Shown in pieces: positions 8,439-19,229 of a stretch of DNA of 38,926 bases; the stretch's first letter is position 1; every line of letters begins with the position of its first letter. A model generated the notes under the pieces. It was given only the letters and a program-made list of their open reading frames with translations. It had not been told where the DNA came from and made no database searches. This stretch comes from Escherichia phage T7: sequence record MZ375241.1, one strand, 5' to 3'. The translations under genes were made by a program, and so were the position numbers.

Positions 8439-9137
8439 ATGGCTAAGAAGATTTTCACCTCTGCGCTGGGTACCGCTGAACCTTACGCTTACATCGCCAA
8501 GCCGGACTACGGCAACGAAGAGCGTGGCTTTGGGAACCCTCGTGGTGTCTATAAAGTTGACCTGACTATTCCCAACAAAGACCCGCGCTGCCAGCGTATG
8601 GTCGATGAAATCGTGAAGTGTCACGAAGAGGCTTATGCTGCTGCCGTTGAGGAATACGAAGCTAATCCACCTGCTGTAGCTCGTGGTAAGAAACCGCTGA
8701 AACCGTATGAGGGTGACATGCCGTTCTTCGATAACGGTGACGGTACGACTACCTTTAAGTTCAAATGCTACGCGTCTTTCCAAGACAAGAAGACCAAAGA
8801 GACCAAGCACATCAATCTGGTTGTGGTTGACTCAAAAGGTAAGAAGATGGAAGACGTTCCGATTATCGGTGGTGGCTCTAAGCTGAAAGTTAAATATTCT
8901 CTGGTTCCATACAAGTGGAACACTGCTGTAGGTGCGAGCGTTAAGCTGCAACTGGAATCCGTGATGCTGGTCGAACTGGCTACCTTTGGTGGCGGTGAAG
9001 ACGATTGGGCTGACGAAGTTGAAGAGAACGGCTATGTTGCCTCTGGTTCTGCCAAAGCGAGCAAACCACGCGACGAAGAAAGCTGGGACGAAGACGACGA
9101 AGAGTCCGAGGAAGCAGACGAAGACGGAGACTTCTAA
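8439..9137 (+). CDS. 2.5: Single-stranded DNA-binding protein
   Basis: 232-aa ORF with acidic C-terminal tail ...DEDDEESEEADEDGDF. Confidence 0.95.
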   Translation: MAKKIFTSALGTAEPYAYIAKPDYGNEERGFGNPRGVYKVDLTIPNKDPRCQRMVDEIVKCHEEAYAAAVEEYEANPPAVARGKKPLKPYEGDMPFFDNGDGTTTFKFKCYASFQDKKTKETKHINLVVVDSKGKKMEDVPIIGGGSKLKVKYSLVPYKWNTAVGASVKLQLESVMLVELATFGGGEDDWADEVEENGYVASGSAKASKPRDEESWDEDDEESEEADEDGDF

Positions 9138-9557
9138 GTGGAACTGCGGGAGAAAATCCTTGAGCGAATCAAGGTGACTTCCTCTGGGTGTTGGGAGTGG
9201 CAGGGCGCTACGAACAATAAAGGGTACGGGCAGGTGTGGTGCAGCAATACCGGAAAGGTTGTCTACTGTCATCGCGTAATGTCTAATGCTCCGAAAGGTT
9301 CTACCGTCCTGCACTCCTGTGATAATCCATTATGTTGTAACCCTGAACACCTATCCATAGGAACTCCAAAAGAGAACTCCACTGACATGGTAAATAAGGG
9401 TCGCTCACACAAGGGGTATAAACTTTCAGACGAAGACGTAATGGCAATCATGGAGTCCAGCGAGTCCAATGTATCCTTAGCTCGCACCTATGGTGTCTCC
9501 CAACAGACTATTTGTGATATACGCAAAGGGAGGCGACATGGCAGGTTACGGCGCTAA
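9138..9557 (+). CDS. 2.8: HNH endonuclease-like protein (GTG start)
   Basis: 139-aa ORF; Cys/His HNH-type motifs (HRV...HSCDNPLCCNPEHL); paralogous to 7.7. Confidence 0.8.
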   Translation: MELREKILERIKVTSSGCWEWQGATNNKGYGQVWCSNTGKVVYCHRVMSNAPKGSTVLHSCDNPLCCNPEHLSIGTPKENSTDMVNKGRSHKGYKLSDEDVMAIMESSESNVSLARTYGVSQQTICDIRKGRRHGRLRR

Positions 9558-9987
9558 AGGAATCCGAAAGGTTGGAGCGTTTCGCTCTGGCCTAGAGGAC
9601 AAGGTTTCAAAGCAGTTGGAATCAAAAGGTATTAAATTCGAGTATGAAGAGTGGAAAGTGCCTTATGTAATTCCGGCGAGCAATCACACTTACACTCCAG
9701 ACTTCTTACTTCCAAACGGTATATTCGTTGAGACAAAGGGTCTGTGGGAAAGCGATGATAGAAAGAAGCACTTATTAATTAGGGAGCAGCACCCCGAGCT
9801 AGACATCCGTATTGTCTTCTCAAGCTCACGTACTAAGTTATACAAAGGTTCTCCAACGTCTTATGGAGAGTTCTGCGAAAAGCATGGTATTAAGTTCGCT
9901 GATAAACTGATACCTGCTGAGTGGATAAAGGAACCCAAGAAGGAGGTCCCCTTTGATAGATTAAAAAGGAAAGGAGGAAAGAAATAA
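9538..9987 (+). CDS. 3: Endonuclease I (Holliday junction resolvase)
   Basis: ATG at 9538 after RBS aagggagg; 149 aa; six-frame ORF starts earlier at 9490. Confidence 0.9.
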   Translation: MAGYGAKGIRKVGAFRSGLEDKVSKQLESKGIKFEYEEWKVPYVIPASNHTYTPDFLLPNGIFVETKGLWESDDRKKHLLIREQHPELDIRIVFSSSRTKLYKGSPTSYGEFCEKHGIKFADKLIPAEWIKEPKKEVPFDRLKRKGGKK

Positions 9988-10442
9988 TGGCTCGTGTACA
10001 GTTTAAACAACGTGAATCTACTGACGCAATCTTTGTTCACTGCTCGGCTACCAAGCCAAGTCAGAATGTTGGTGTCCGTGAGATTCGCCAGTGGCACAAA
10101 GAGCAGGGTTGGCTCGATGTGGGATACCACTTTATCATCAAGCGAGACGGTACTGTGGAGGCAGGACGAGATGAGATGGCTGTAGGCTCTCACGCTAAGG
10201 GTTACAACCACAACTCTATCGGCGTCTGCCTTGTTGGTGGTATCGACGATAAAGGTAAGTTCGACGCTAACTTTACGCCAGCCCAAATGCAATCCCTTCG
10301 CTCACTGCTTGTCACACTGCTGGCTAAGTACGAAGGCGCTGTGCTTCGCGCCCATCATGAGGTGGCGCCGAAGGCTTGCCCTTCGTTCGACCTTAAGCGT
10401 TGGTGGGAGAAGAACGAACTGGTCACTTCTGACCGTGGATAA
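9987..10442 (+). CDS. 3.5: Lysozyme (N-acetylmuramoyl-L-alanine amidase) / T7 RNAP inhibitor
   Basis: 151-aa ORF MARVQFKQRESTDAIFVHCSATK... Confidence 0.95.
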   Translation: MARVQFKQRESTDAIFVHCSATKPSQNVGVREIRQWHKEQGWLDVGYHFIIKRDGTVEAGRDEMAVGSHAKGYNHNSIGVCLVGGIDDKGKFDANFTPAQMQSLRSLLVTLLAKYEGAVLRAHHEVAPKACPSFDLKRWWEKNELVTSDRG

Positions 10443-12312
<1,870 letters not shown>

Positions 12313-12315
<3 letters not shown>

Positions 12316-12335
12316 TACGACTCACTAAAGGAGAC
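12313..12335 (+). promoter_or_regulatory. T7 RNAP promoter phi4.3 (+1 at 12330)
   Basis: taatacgactcactaaaggagac. Confidence 0.85.
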
Positions 12336-12340
12336 ACACC

Positions 12341-12553
12341 ATGTTCAAACTGATTAAGAAGTTAGGCCAACTGCTGGTTCGTATGTACAACGTGGAAGCC
12401 AAGCGACTGAACGATGAGGCTCGTAAAGAGGCCACACAGTCACGCGCTCTGGCGATTCGCTCCAACGAACTGGCTGACAGTGCATCCACTAAAGTTACCG
12501 AGGCTGCCCGTGTGGCAAACCAAGCTCAACAGCTTTCCAAATTCTTTGAGTAA
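12341..12553 (+). CDS. 4.3: Hypothetical protein
   Basis: 70-aa ORF. Confidence 0.8.
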   Translation: MFKLIKKLGQLLVRMYNVEAKRLNDEARKEATQSRALAIRSNELADSASTKVTEAARVANQAQQLSKFFE

Positions 12554-12572
12554 TCAAACAGGAGAAACCATT

Positions 12573-12842
12573 ATGTCTAACGTAGCTGAAACTATCCGTC
12601 TATCCGATACAGCTGACCAGTGGAACCGTCGAGTCCACATCAACGTTCGCAACGGTAAGGCGACTATGGTTTACCGCTGGAAGGACTCTAAGTCCTCTAA
12701 GAATCACACTCAGCGTATGACGTTGACAGATGAGCAAGCACTGCGTCTGGTCAATGCGCTTACCAAAGCTGCCGTGACAGCAATTCATGAAGCTGGTCGC
12801 GTCAATGAAGCTATGGCTATCCTCGACAAGATTGATAACTAA
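12573..12842 (+). CDS. 4.5: Hypothetical protein
   Basis: ATG at 12573 after RBS aggaga; 89 aa; six-frame ORF 12414-12842 carries an upstream extension. Confidence 0.8.
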   Translation: MSNVAETIRLSDTADQWNRRVHINVRNGKATMVYRWKDSKSSKNHTQRMTLTDEQALRLVNALTKAAVTAIHEAGRVNEAMAILDKIDN

Positions 12843-12853
12843 GAGTGGTATCC

Positions 12854-12880
12854 TCAAGGTCGCCAAAGTGGTGGCCTTCA
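12854..12880 (+). promoter_or_regulatory. RNase III site R4.7
   Basis: ctcaaggtcgccaaagtggtggcctt hairpin. Confidence 0.55.
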
Positions 12881-12886
12881 TGAATA

Positions 12887-12909
12887 CTATTCGACTCACT
12901 ATAGGAGAT
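12887..12909 (+). promoter_or_regulatory. T7 RNAP promoter phi4.7 (+1 at 12904)
   Basis: ctattcgactcactataggagat. Confidence 0.8.
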
Positions 12910-12915
12910 ATTACC

Positions 12916-13323
12916 ATGCGTGACCCTAAAGTTATCCAAGCAGAAATCGCTAAACTGGAAGCTGAACTGGAGGACGTTAAGTACCATGAAGCTAAGACTC
13001 GCTCCGCTGTTCACATCTTGAAGAACTTAGGCTGGACTTGGACAAGACAGACTGGCTGGAAGAAACCAGAAGTTACCAAGCTGAGTCATAAGGTGTTCGA
13101 TAAGGACACTATGACCCACATCAAGGCTGGTGATTGGGTTAAGGTTGACATGGGAGTTGTTGGTGGATACGGCTACGTCCGCTCAGTTAGTGGCAAATAT
13201 GCACAAGTGTCATACATCACAGGTGTTACTCCACGCGGTGCAATCGTTGCCGATAAGACCAACATGATTCACACAGGTTTCTTGACAGTTGTTTCATATG
13301 AAGAGATTGTTAAGTCACGATAA
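12916..13323 (+). CDS. 4.7: Hypothetical protein
   Basis: ATG at 12916 downstream of phi4.7; 135 aa. Confidence 0.8.
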   Translation: MRDPKVIQAEIAKLEAELEDVKYHEAKTRSAVHILKNLGWTWTRQTGWKKPEVTKLSHKVFDKDTMTHIKAGDWVKVDMGVVGGYGYVRSVSGKYAQVSYITGVTPRGAIVADKTNMIHTGFLTVVSYEEIVKSR

Positions 13324-13341
13324 TCAATAGGAGAAATCAAT

Positions 13342-15456
13342 ATGATCGTTTCTGACATCGAAGCTAACGCCCTCTTAGAGAGCGTCACTAAGTTCCACTG
13401 CGGGGTTATCTACGACTACTCCACCGCTGAGTACGTAAGCTACCGTCCGAGTGACTTCGGTGCGTATCTGGATGCGCTGGAAGCCGAGGTTGCACGAGGC
13501 GGTCTTATTGTGTTCCACAACGGTCACAAGTATGACGTTCCTGCATTGACCAAACTGGCAAAGTTGCAATTGAACCGAGAGTTCCACCTTCCTCGTGAGA
13601 ACTGTATTGACACCCTTGTGTTGTCACGTTTGATTCATTCCAACCTCAAGGACACCGATATGGGTCTTCTGCGTTCCGGCAAGTTGCCCGGAAAACGCTT
13701 TGGGTCTCACGCTTTGGAGGCGTGGGGTTATCGCTTAGGCGAGATGAAGGGTGAATACAAAGACGACTTTAAGCGTATGCTTGAAGAGCAGGGTGAAGAA
13801 TACGTTGACGGAATGGAGTGGTGGAACTTCAACGAAGAGATGATGGACTATAACGTTCAGGACGTTGTGGTAACTAAAGCTCTCCTTGAGAAGCTACTCT
13901 CTGACAAACATTACTTCCCTCCTGAGATTGACTTTACGGACGTAGGATACACTACGTTCTGGTCAGAATCCCTTGAGGCCGTTGACATTGAACATCGTGC
14001 TGCATGGCTGCTCGCTAAACAAGAGCGCAACGGGTTCCCGTTTGACACAAAAGCAATCGAAGAGTTGTACGTAGAGTTAGCTGCTCGCCGCTCTGAGTTG
14101 CTCCGTAAATTGACCGAAACGTTCGGCTCGTGGTATCAGCCTAAAGGTGGCACTGAGATGTTCTGCCATCCGCGAACAGGTAAGCCACTACCTAAATACC
14201 CTCGCATTAAGACACCTAAAGTTGGTGGTATCTTTAAGAAGCCTAAGAACAAGGCACAGCGAGAAGGCCGTGAGCCTTGCGAACTTGATACCCGCGAGTA
14301 CGTTGCTGGTGCTCCTTACACCCCAGTTGAACATGTTGTGTTTAACCCTTCGTCTCGTGACCACATTCAGAAGAAACTCCAAGAGGCTGGGTGGGTCCCG
14401 ACCAAGTACACCGATAAGGGTGCTCCTGTGGTGGACGATGAGGTACTCGAAGGAGTACGTGTAGATGACCCTGAGAAGCAAGCCGCTATCGACCTCATTA
14501 AAGAGTACTTGATGATTCAGAAGCGAATCGGACAGTCTGCTGAGGGAGACAAAGCATGGCTTCGTTATGTTGCTGAGGATGGTAAGATTCATGGTTCTGT
14601 TAACCCTAATGGAGCAGTTACGGGTCGTGCGACCCATGCGTTCCCAAACCTTGCGCAAATTCCGGGTGTACGTTCTCCTTATGGAGAGCAGTGTCGCGCT
14701 GCTTTTGGCGCTGAGCACCATTTGGATGGGATAACTGGTAAGCCTTGGGTTCAGGCTGGCATCGACGCATCCGGTCTTGAGCTACGCTGCTTGGCTCACT
14801 TCATGGCTCGCTTTGATAACGGCGAGTACGCTCACGAGATTCTTAACGGCGACATCCACACTAAGAACCAGATAGCTGCTGAACTACCTACCCGAGATAA
14901 CGCTAAGACGTTCATCTATGGGTTCCTCTATGGTGCTGGTGATGAGAAGATTGGACAGATTGTTGGTGCTGGTAAAGAGCGCGGTAAGGAACTCAAGAAG
15001 AAATTCCTTGAGAACACCCCCGCGATTGCAGCACTCCGCGAGTCTATCCAACAGACACTTGTCGAGTCCTCTCAATGGGTAGCTGGTGAGCAACAAGTCA
15101 AGTGGAAACGCCGCTGGATTAAAGGTCTGGATGGTCGTAAGGTACACGTTCGTAGTCCTCACGCTGCCTTGAATACCCTACTGCAATCTGCTGGTGCTCT
15201 CATCTGCAAACTGTGGATTATCAAGACCGAAGAGATGCTCGTAGAGAAAGGCTTGAAGCATGGCTGGGATGGGGACTTTGCGTACATGGCATGGGTACAT
15301 GATGAAATCCAAGTAGGCTGCCGTACCGAAGAGATTGCTCAGGTGGTCATTGAGACCGCACAAGAAGCGATGCGCTGGGTTGGAGACCACTGGAACTTCC
15401 GGTGTCTTCTGGATACCGAAGGTAAGATGGGTCCTAATTGGGCGATTTGCCACTGA
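13342..15456 (+). CDS. 5: DNA polymerase (family A, thioredoxin-binding)
   Basis: 704-aa [30 protein letters not shown]... Confidence 0.97.
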   Translation: MIVSDIEANALLESVTKFHCGVIYDYSTAEYVSYRPSDFGAYLDALEAEVARGGLIVFHNGHKYDVPALTKLAKLQLNREFHLPRENCIDTLVLSRLIHSNLKDTDMGLLRSGKLPGKRFGSHALEAWGYRLGEMKGEYKDDFKRMLEEQGEEYVDGMEWWNFNEEMMDYNVQDVVVTKALLEKLLSDKHYFPPEIDFTDVGYTTFWSESLEAVDIEHRAAWLLAKQERNGFPFDTKAIEELYVELAARRSELLRKLTETFGSWYQPKGGTEMFCHPRTGKPLPKYPRIKTPKVGGIFKKPKNKAQREGREPCELDTREYVAGAPYTPVEHVVFNPSSRDHIQKKLQEAGWVPTKYTDKGAPVVDDEVLEGVRVDDPEKQAAIDLIKEYLMIQKRIGQSAEGDKAWLRYVAEDGKIHGSVNPNGAVTGRATHAFPNLAQIPGVRSPYGEQCRAAFGAEHHLDGITGKPWVQAGIDASGLELRCLAHFMARFDNGEYAHEILNGDIHTKNQIAAELPTRDNAKTFIYGFLYGAGDEKIGQIVGAGKERGKELKKKFLENTPAIAALRESIQQTLVESSQWVAGEQQVKWKRRWIKGLDGRKVHVRSPHAALNTLLQSAGALICKLWIIKTEEMLVEKGLKHGWDGDFAYMAWVHDEIQVGCRTEEIAQVVIETAQEAMRWVGDHWNFRCLLDTEGKMGPNWAICH

Positions 15457-15471
15457 TACAGGAGGCTACTC

Positions 15472-15828
15472 ATGAACGAAAGACACTTAACAGGTGCTGC
15501 TTCTGAAATGCTAGTAGCCTACAAATTTACCAAAGCTGGGTACACTGTCTATTACCCTATGCTGACTCAGAGTAAAGAGGACTTGGTTGTATGTAAGGAT
15601 GGTAAATTTAGTAAGGTTCAGGTTAAAACAGCCACAACGGTTCAAACCAACACAGGAGATGCCAAGCAGGTTAGGCTAGGTGGATGCGGTAGGTCCGAAT
15701 ATAAGGATGGAGACTTTGACATTCTTGCGGTTGTGGTTGACGAAGATGTGCTTATTTTCACATGGGACGAAGTAAAAGGTAAGACATCCATGTGTGTCGG
15801 CAAGAGAAACAAAGGCATAAAACTATAG
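15472..15828 (+). CDS. 5.3: Hypothetical protein
   Basis: 118-aa ORF with RBS aggagg. Confidence 0.8.
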   Translation: MNERHLTGAASEMLVAYKFTKAGYTVYYPMLTQSKEDLVVCKDGKFSKVQVKTATTVQTNTGDAKQVRLGGCGRSEYKDGDFDILAVVVDEDVLIFTWDEVKGKTSMCVGKRNKGIKL

Positions 15829-15839
15829 GAGAAATTATT

Positions 15840-16139
15840 ATGGCTATGACAAAGAAATTTAAAGTGTCCTTCGACGTTACCGCAAAGATGTCGTCTGACG
15901 TTCAGGCAATCTTAGAGAAAGATATGCTGCATCTATGTAAGCAGGTCGGCTCAGGTGCGATTGTCCCCAATGGTAAACAGAAGGAAATGATTGTCCAGTT
16001 CCTGACACACGGTATGGAAGGATTGATGACATTCGTAGTACGTACATCATTTCGTGAGGCCATTAAGGACATGCACGAAGAGTATGCAGATAAGGACTCT
16101 TTCAAACAATCTCCTGCAACAGTACGGGAGGTGTTCTGA
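15840..16139 (+). CDS. 5.5: H-NS-binding protein
   Basis: ATG at 15840 after RBS aggaga; 99 aa. Confidence 0.8.
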   Translation: MAMTKKFKVSFDVTAKMSSDVQAILEKDMLHLCKQVGSGAIVPNGKQKEMIVQFLTHGMEGLMTFVVRTSFREAIKDMHEEYADKDSFKQSPATVREVF

Positions 16140-16348
16140 TGTCTGACTACCTGAAAGTGCTGCAAGCAATCAAAAGTTGCCCTAAGACTTTCCAGTCCAA
16201 CTATGTACGGAACAATGCGAGCCTCGTAGCGGAGGCCGCTTCCCGTGGTCACATCTCGTGCCTGACTACTAGTGGACGTAACGGTGGCGCTTGGGAAATC
16301 ACTGCTTCCGGTACTCGCTTTCTGAAACGAATGGGAGGATGTGTCTAA
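16139..16348 (+). CDS. 5.7: Small protein (reported host sigma-S inhibitor)
   Basis: 69-aa ORF, ATG overlapping the 5.5 stop. Confidence 0.8.
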   Translation: MSDYLKVLQAIKSCPKTFQSNYVRNNASLVAEAASRGHISCLTTSGRNGGAWEITASGTRFLKRMGGCV

Positions 16349-16506
16349 TGTCTCGTGACCTTGTGACTATTCCACGCGATGTGTGGAACGATATACAGGG
16401 CTACATCGACTCTCTGGAACGTGAGAACGATAGCCTTAAGAATCAACTAATGGAAGCTGACGAATACGTAGCGGAACTAGAGGAGAAACTTAATGGCACT
16501 TCTTGA
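16348..16506 (+). CDS. 5.9: RecBCD inhibitor
   Basis: 52-codon acidic ORF MSRDLVTIPRDVWNDIQGYIDSLERENDSLKNQLMEADEYVAELEEKLNGTS. Confidence 0.8.
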   Translation: MSRDLVTIPRDVWNDIQGYIDSLERENDSLKNQLMEADEYVAELEEKLNGTS

Positions 16507-17395
16507 CCTTAAACAATTCTATGAGTTACGTGAAGGCTGCGACGACAAGGGTATCCTTGTGATGGACGGCGACTGGCTGGTCTTCCAAGCTATGAGTGCT
16601 GCTGAGTTTGATGCCTCTTGGGAGGAAGAGATTTGGCACCGATGCTGTGACCACGCTAAGGCCCGTCAGATTCTTGAGGATTCCATTAAGTCCTACGAGA
16701 CCCGTAAGAAGGCTTGGGCAGGTGCTCCAATTGTCCTTGCGTTCACCGATAGTGTTAACTGGCGTAAAGAACTGGTTGACCCGAACTATAAGGCTAACCG
16801 TAAGGCCGTGAAGAAACCTGTAGGGTACTTTGAGTTCCTTGATGCTCTCTTTGAGCGCGAAGAGTTCTATTGCATCCGTGAGCCTATGCTTGAGGGTGAT
16901 GACGTTATTGGAGTTATTGCTTCCAATCCGTCTGCCTTCGGTGCTCGTAAGGCTGTAATCATCTCTTGCGATAAGGACTTTAAGACCATCCCTAACTGTG
17001 ACTTCCTGTGGTGTACCACTGGTAACATCCTGACTCAGACCGAAGAGTCCGCTGACTGGTGGCACCTCTTCCAGACCATCAAGGGTGACATCACTGATGG
17101 TTACTCAGGGATTGCTGGATGGGGTGATACCGCCGAGGACTTCTTGAATAACCCGTTCATAACCGAGCCTAAAACGTCTGTGCTTAAGTCCGGTAAGAAC
17201 AAAGGCCAAGAGGTTACTAAATGGGTTAAACGCGACCCTGAGCCTCATGAGACGCTTTGGGACTGCATTAAGTCCATTGGCGCGAAGGCTGGTATGACCG
17301 AAGAGGATATTATCAAGCAGGGCCAAATGGCTCGAATCCTACGGTTCAACGAGTACAACTTTATTGACAAGGAGATTTACCTGTGGAGACCGTAG
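16493..17395 (+). CDS. 6: 5'-3' exonuclease
   Basis: 300-aa ORF. Confidence 0.95.
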   Translation: MALLDLKQFYELREGCDDKGILVMDGDWLVFQAMSAAEFDASWEEEIWHRCCDHAKARQILEDSIKSYETRKKAWAGAPIVLAFTDSVNWRKELVDPNYKANRKAVKKPVGYFEFLDALFEREEFYCIREPMLEGDDVIGVIASNPSAFGARKAVIISCDKDFKTIPNCDFLWCTTGNILTQTEESADWWHLFQTIKGDITDGYSGIAGWGDTAEDFLNNPFITEPKTSVLKSGKNKGQEVTKWVKRDPEPHETLWDCIKSIGAKAGMTEEDIIKQGQMARILRFNEYNFIDKEIYLWRP

Positions 17396-17496
17396 CGTAT
17401 ATTGGTCTGGGTCTTTGTGTTCTCGGAGTGTGCCTCATTTCGTGGGGCCTTTGGGACTTAGCCAGAATAATCAAGTCGTTACACGACACTAAGTGA
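17383..17496 (+). CDS. 6.3: Small hydrophobic protein (GTG start)
   Basis: 37-codon ORF overlapping the end of gene 6. Confidence 0.55.
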   Translation: METVAYIGLGLCVLGVCLISWGLWDLARIIKSLHDTK

Positions 17497-17500
17497 TAAA

Positions 17501-17553
17501 CTCAAGGTCCCTAAATTAATACGACTCACTATAGGGAGATAGGGGCCTTTACG
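17501..17553 (+). promoter_or_regulatory. RNase III hairpin R6.5 enclosing promoter phi6.5
   Basis: ctcaaggtcc ... aggggccttt inverted repeat spanning the promoter. Confidence 0.55.
17517..17539 (+). promoter_or_regulatory. T7 RNAP class III promoter phi6.5 (+1 at 17534)
   Basis: taatacgactcactatagggaga, perfect consensus. Confidence 0.9.
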
Positions 17554-17593
17554 ATTATTACTTTAAGATTTAACTCTAAGAGGAATCTTTATT

Positions 17594-17848
17594 ATGTTAA
17601 CACCTATTAACCAATTACTTAAGAACCCTAACGATATTCCAGATGTACCTCGTGCAACCGCTGAGTATCTACAGGTTCGATTCAACTATGCGTACCTCGA
17701 AGCGTCTGGTCATATAGGACTTATGCGTGCTAATGGTTGTAGTGAGGCCCACATCTTGGGTTTCATTCAGGGCCTACAGTATGCCTCTAACGTCATTGAC
17801 GAGATTGAGTTACGCAAGGAACAACTAAGAGATGATGGGGAGGATTGA
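17594..17848 (+). CDS. 6.5: Hypothetical protein
   Basis: 84-aa ORF. Confidence 0.8.
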
Positions 17849-17852
17849 CACT

Positions 17853-18119
17853 ATGTGTTTCTCACCGAAAATTAAAACTCCGAAGATGGATACCAATCAG
17901 ATTCGAGCCGTTGAGCCAGCGCCTCTGACCCAAGAAGTGTCAAGCGTGGAGTTCGGTGGGTCTTCTGATGAGACGGATACCGAGGGCACCGAAGTGTCTG
18001 GACGCAAAGGCCTCAAGGTCGAACGTGATGATTCCGTAGCGAAGTCTAAAGCCAGCGGCAATGGCTCCGCTCGTATGAAATCTTCCATCCGTAAGTCCGC
18101 ATTTGGAGGTAAGAAGTGA
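17853..18119 (+). CDS. 6.7: Small virion-associated protein
   Basis: ATG at 17853; 88 aa. Confidence 0.75.
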   Translation: MCFSPKIKTPKMDTNQIRAVEPAPLTQEVSSVEFGGSSDETDTEGTEVSGRKGLKVERDDSVAKSKASGNGSARMKSSIRKSAFGGKK

Positions 18120-18520
18120 TGTCTGAGTTCACATGTGTGGAGGCTAAGAGTCGCTTCCGTGCAATCCGGTGGACTGTGGAACACCTTGGGTTGCCTAAAG
18201 GATTCGAAGGACACTTTGTGGGCTACAGCCTCTACGTAGACGAAGTGATGGACATGTCTGGTTGCCGTGAAGAGTACATTCTGGACTCTACCGGAAAACA
18301 TGTAGCGTACTTCGCGTGGTGCGTAAGCTGTGACATTCACCACAAAGGAGACATTCTGGATGTAACGTCCGTTGTCATTAATCCTGAGGCAGACTCTAAG
18401 GGCTTACAGCGATTCCTAGCGAAACGCTTTAAGTACCTTGCGGAACTCCACGATTGCGATTGGGTGTCTCGTTGTAAGCATGAAGGCGAGACAATGCGTG
18501 TATACTTTAAGGAGGTATAA
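18119..18520 (+). CDS. 7: Hypothetical protein
   Basis: ATG at 18119; 133 aa. Confidence 0.8.
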   Translation: MSEFTCVEAKSRFRAIRWTVEHLGLPKGFEGHFVGYSLYVDEVMDMSGCREEYILDSTGKHVAYFAWCVSCDIHHKGDILDVTSVVINPEADSKGLQRFLAKRFKYLAELHDCDWVSRCKHEGETMRVYFKEV

Positions 18521-18523
18521 GTT

Positions 18524-18823
18524 ATGGGTAAGAAAGTTAAGAAGGCCGTGAAGAAAGTCCCCAAGTCCGTTAAGAAAGTCGTTAAGGAAGGGGCTCGTCC
18601 GGTTAAACAGGTTGCTGGCGGTCTAGCTGGTCTGGCTGGTGGTACTGGTGAAGCACAGATGGTGGAAGTACCACAAGCTGCCGCACAGATTGTTGACGTA
18701 CCTGAGAAAGAGGTTTCCACTGAGGACGAAGCACAGACAGAAAGCGGACGCAAGAAAGCTCGTGCTGGCGGTAAGAAATCCTTGAGTGTAGCCCGTAGCT
18801 CCGGTGGCGGTATCAACATTTAA
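18524..18823 (+). CDS. 7.3: Basic Lys/Ala-rich virion (tail-associated) protein
   Basis: 99-aa ORF MGKKVKKAVKKVPKSVKKVVKEG... Confidence 0.8.
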   Translation: MGKKVKKAVKKVPKSVKKVVKEGARPVKQVAGGLAGLAGGTGEAQMVEVPQAAAQIVDVPEKEVSTEDEAQTESGRKKARAGGKKSLSVARSSGGGINI

Positions 18824-18836
18824 TCAGGAGGTTATC

Positions 18837-19229
18837 GTGGAAGACTGCATTGAATGGACCGGAGGTGTCAACTCTAAGGGTTATGGTCGTAAGTGGGTTA
18901 ATGGTAAACTTGTGACTCCACATAGGCACATCTATGAGGAGACATATGGTCCAGTTCCAACAGGAATTGTGGTGATGCATATCTGCGATAACCCTAGGTG
19001 CTATAACATAAAGCACCTTACGCTTGGAACTCCAAAGGATAATTCCGAGGACATGGTTACCAAAGGTAGACAGGCTAAAGGAGAGGAACTAAGCAAGAAA
19101 CTTACAGAGTCAGACGTTCTCGCTATACGCTCTTCAACCTTAAGCCACCGCTCCTTAGGAGAACTGTATGGAGTCAGTCAATCAACCATAACGCGAATAC
19201 TACAGCGTAAGACATGGAGACACATTTAA
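18837..19229 (+). CDS. 7.7: HNH endonuclease-like protein (GTG start)
   Basis: RBS aggagg then GTG; Cys/His motifs and C-terminal block paralogous to 2.8. Confidence 0.75.
   Translation: MEDCIEWTGGVNSKGYGRKWVNGKLVTPHRHIYEETYGPVPTGIVVMHICDNPRCYNIKHLTLGTPKDNSEDMVTKGRQAKGEELSKKLTESDVLAIRSSTLSHRSLGELYGVSQSTITRILQRKTWRHI

Noticed and set aside
12414-12842. 142-aa ORF 12414-12842 as one protein
   Set aside because: It overlaps gene 4.3 in another frame and has no RBS; the real gene 4.5 start is the ATG at 12573 preceded by aggaga
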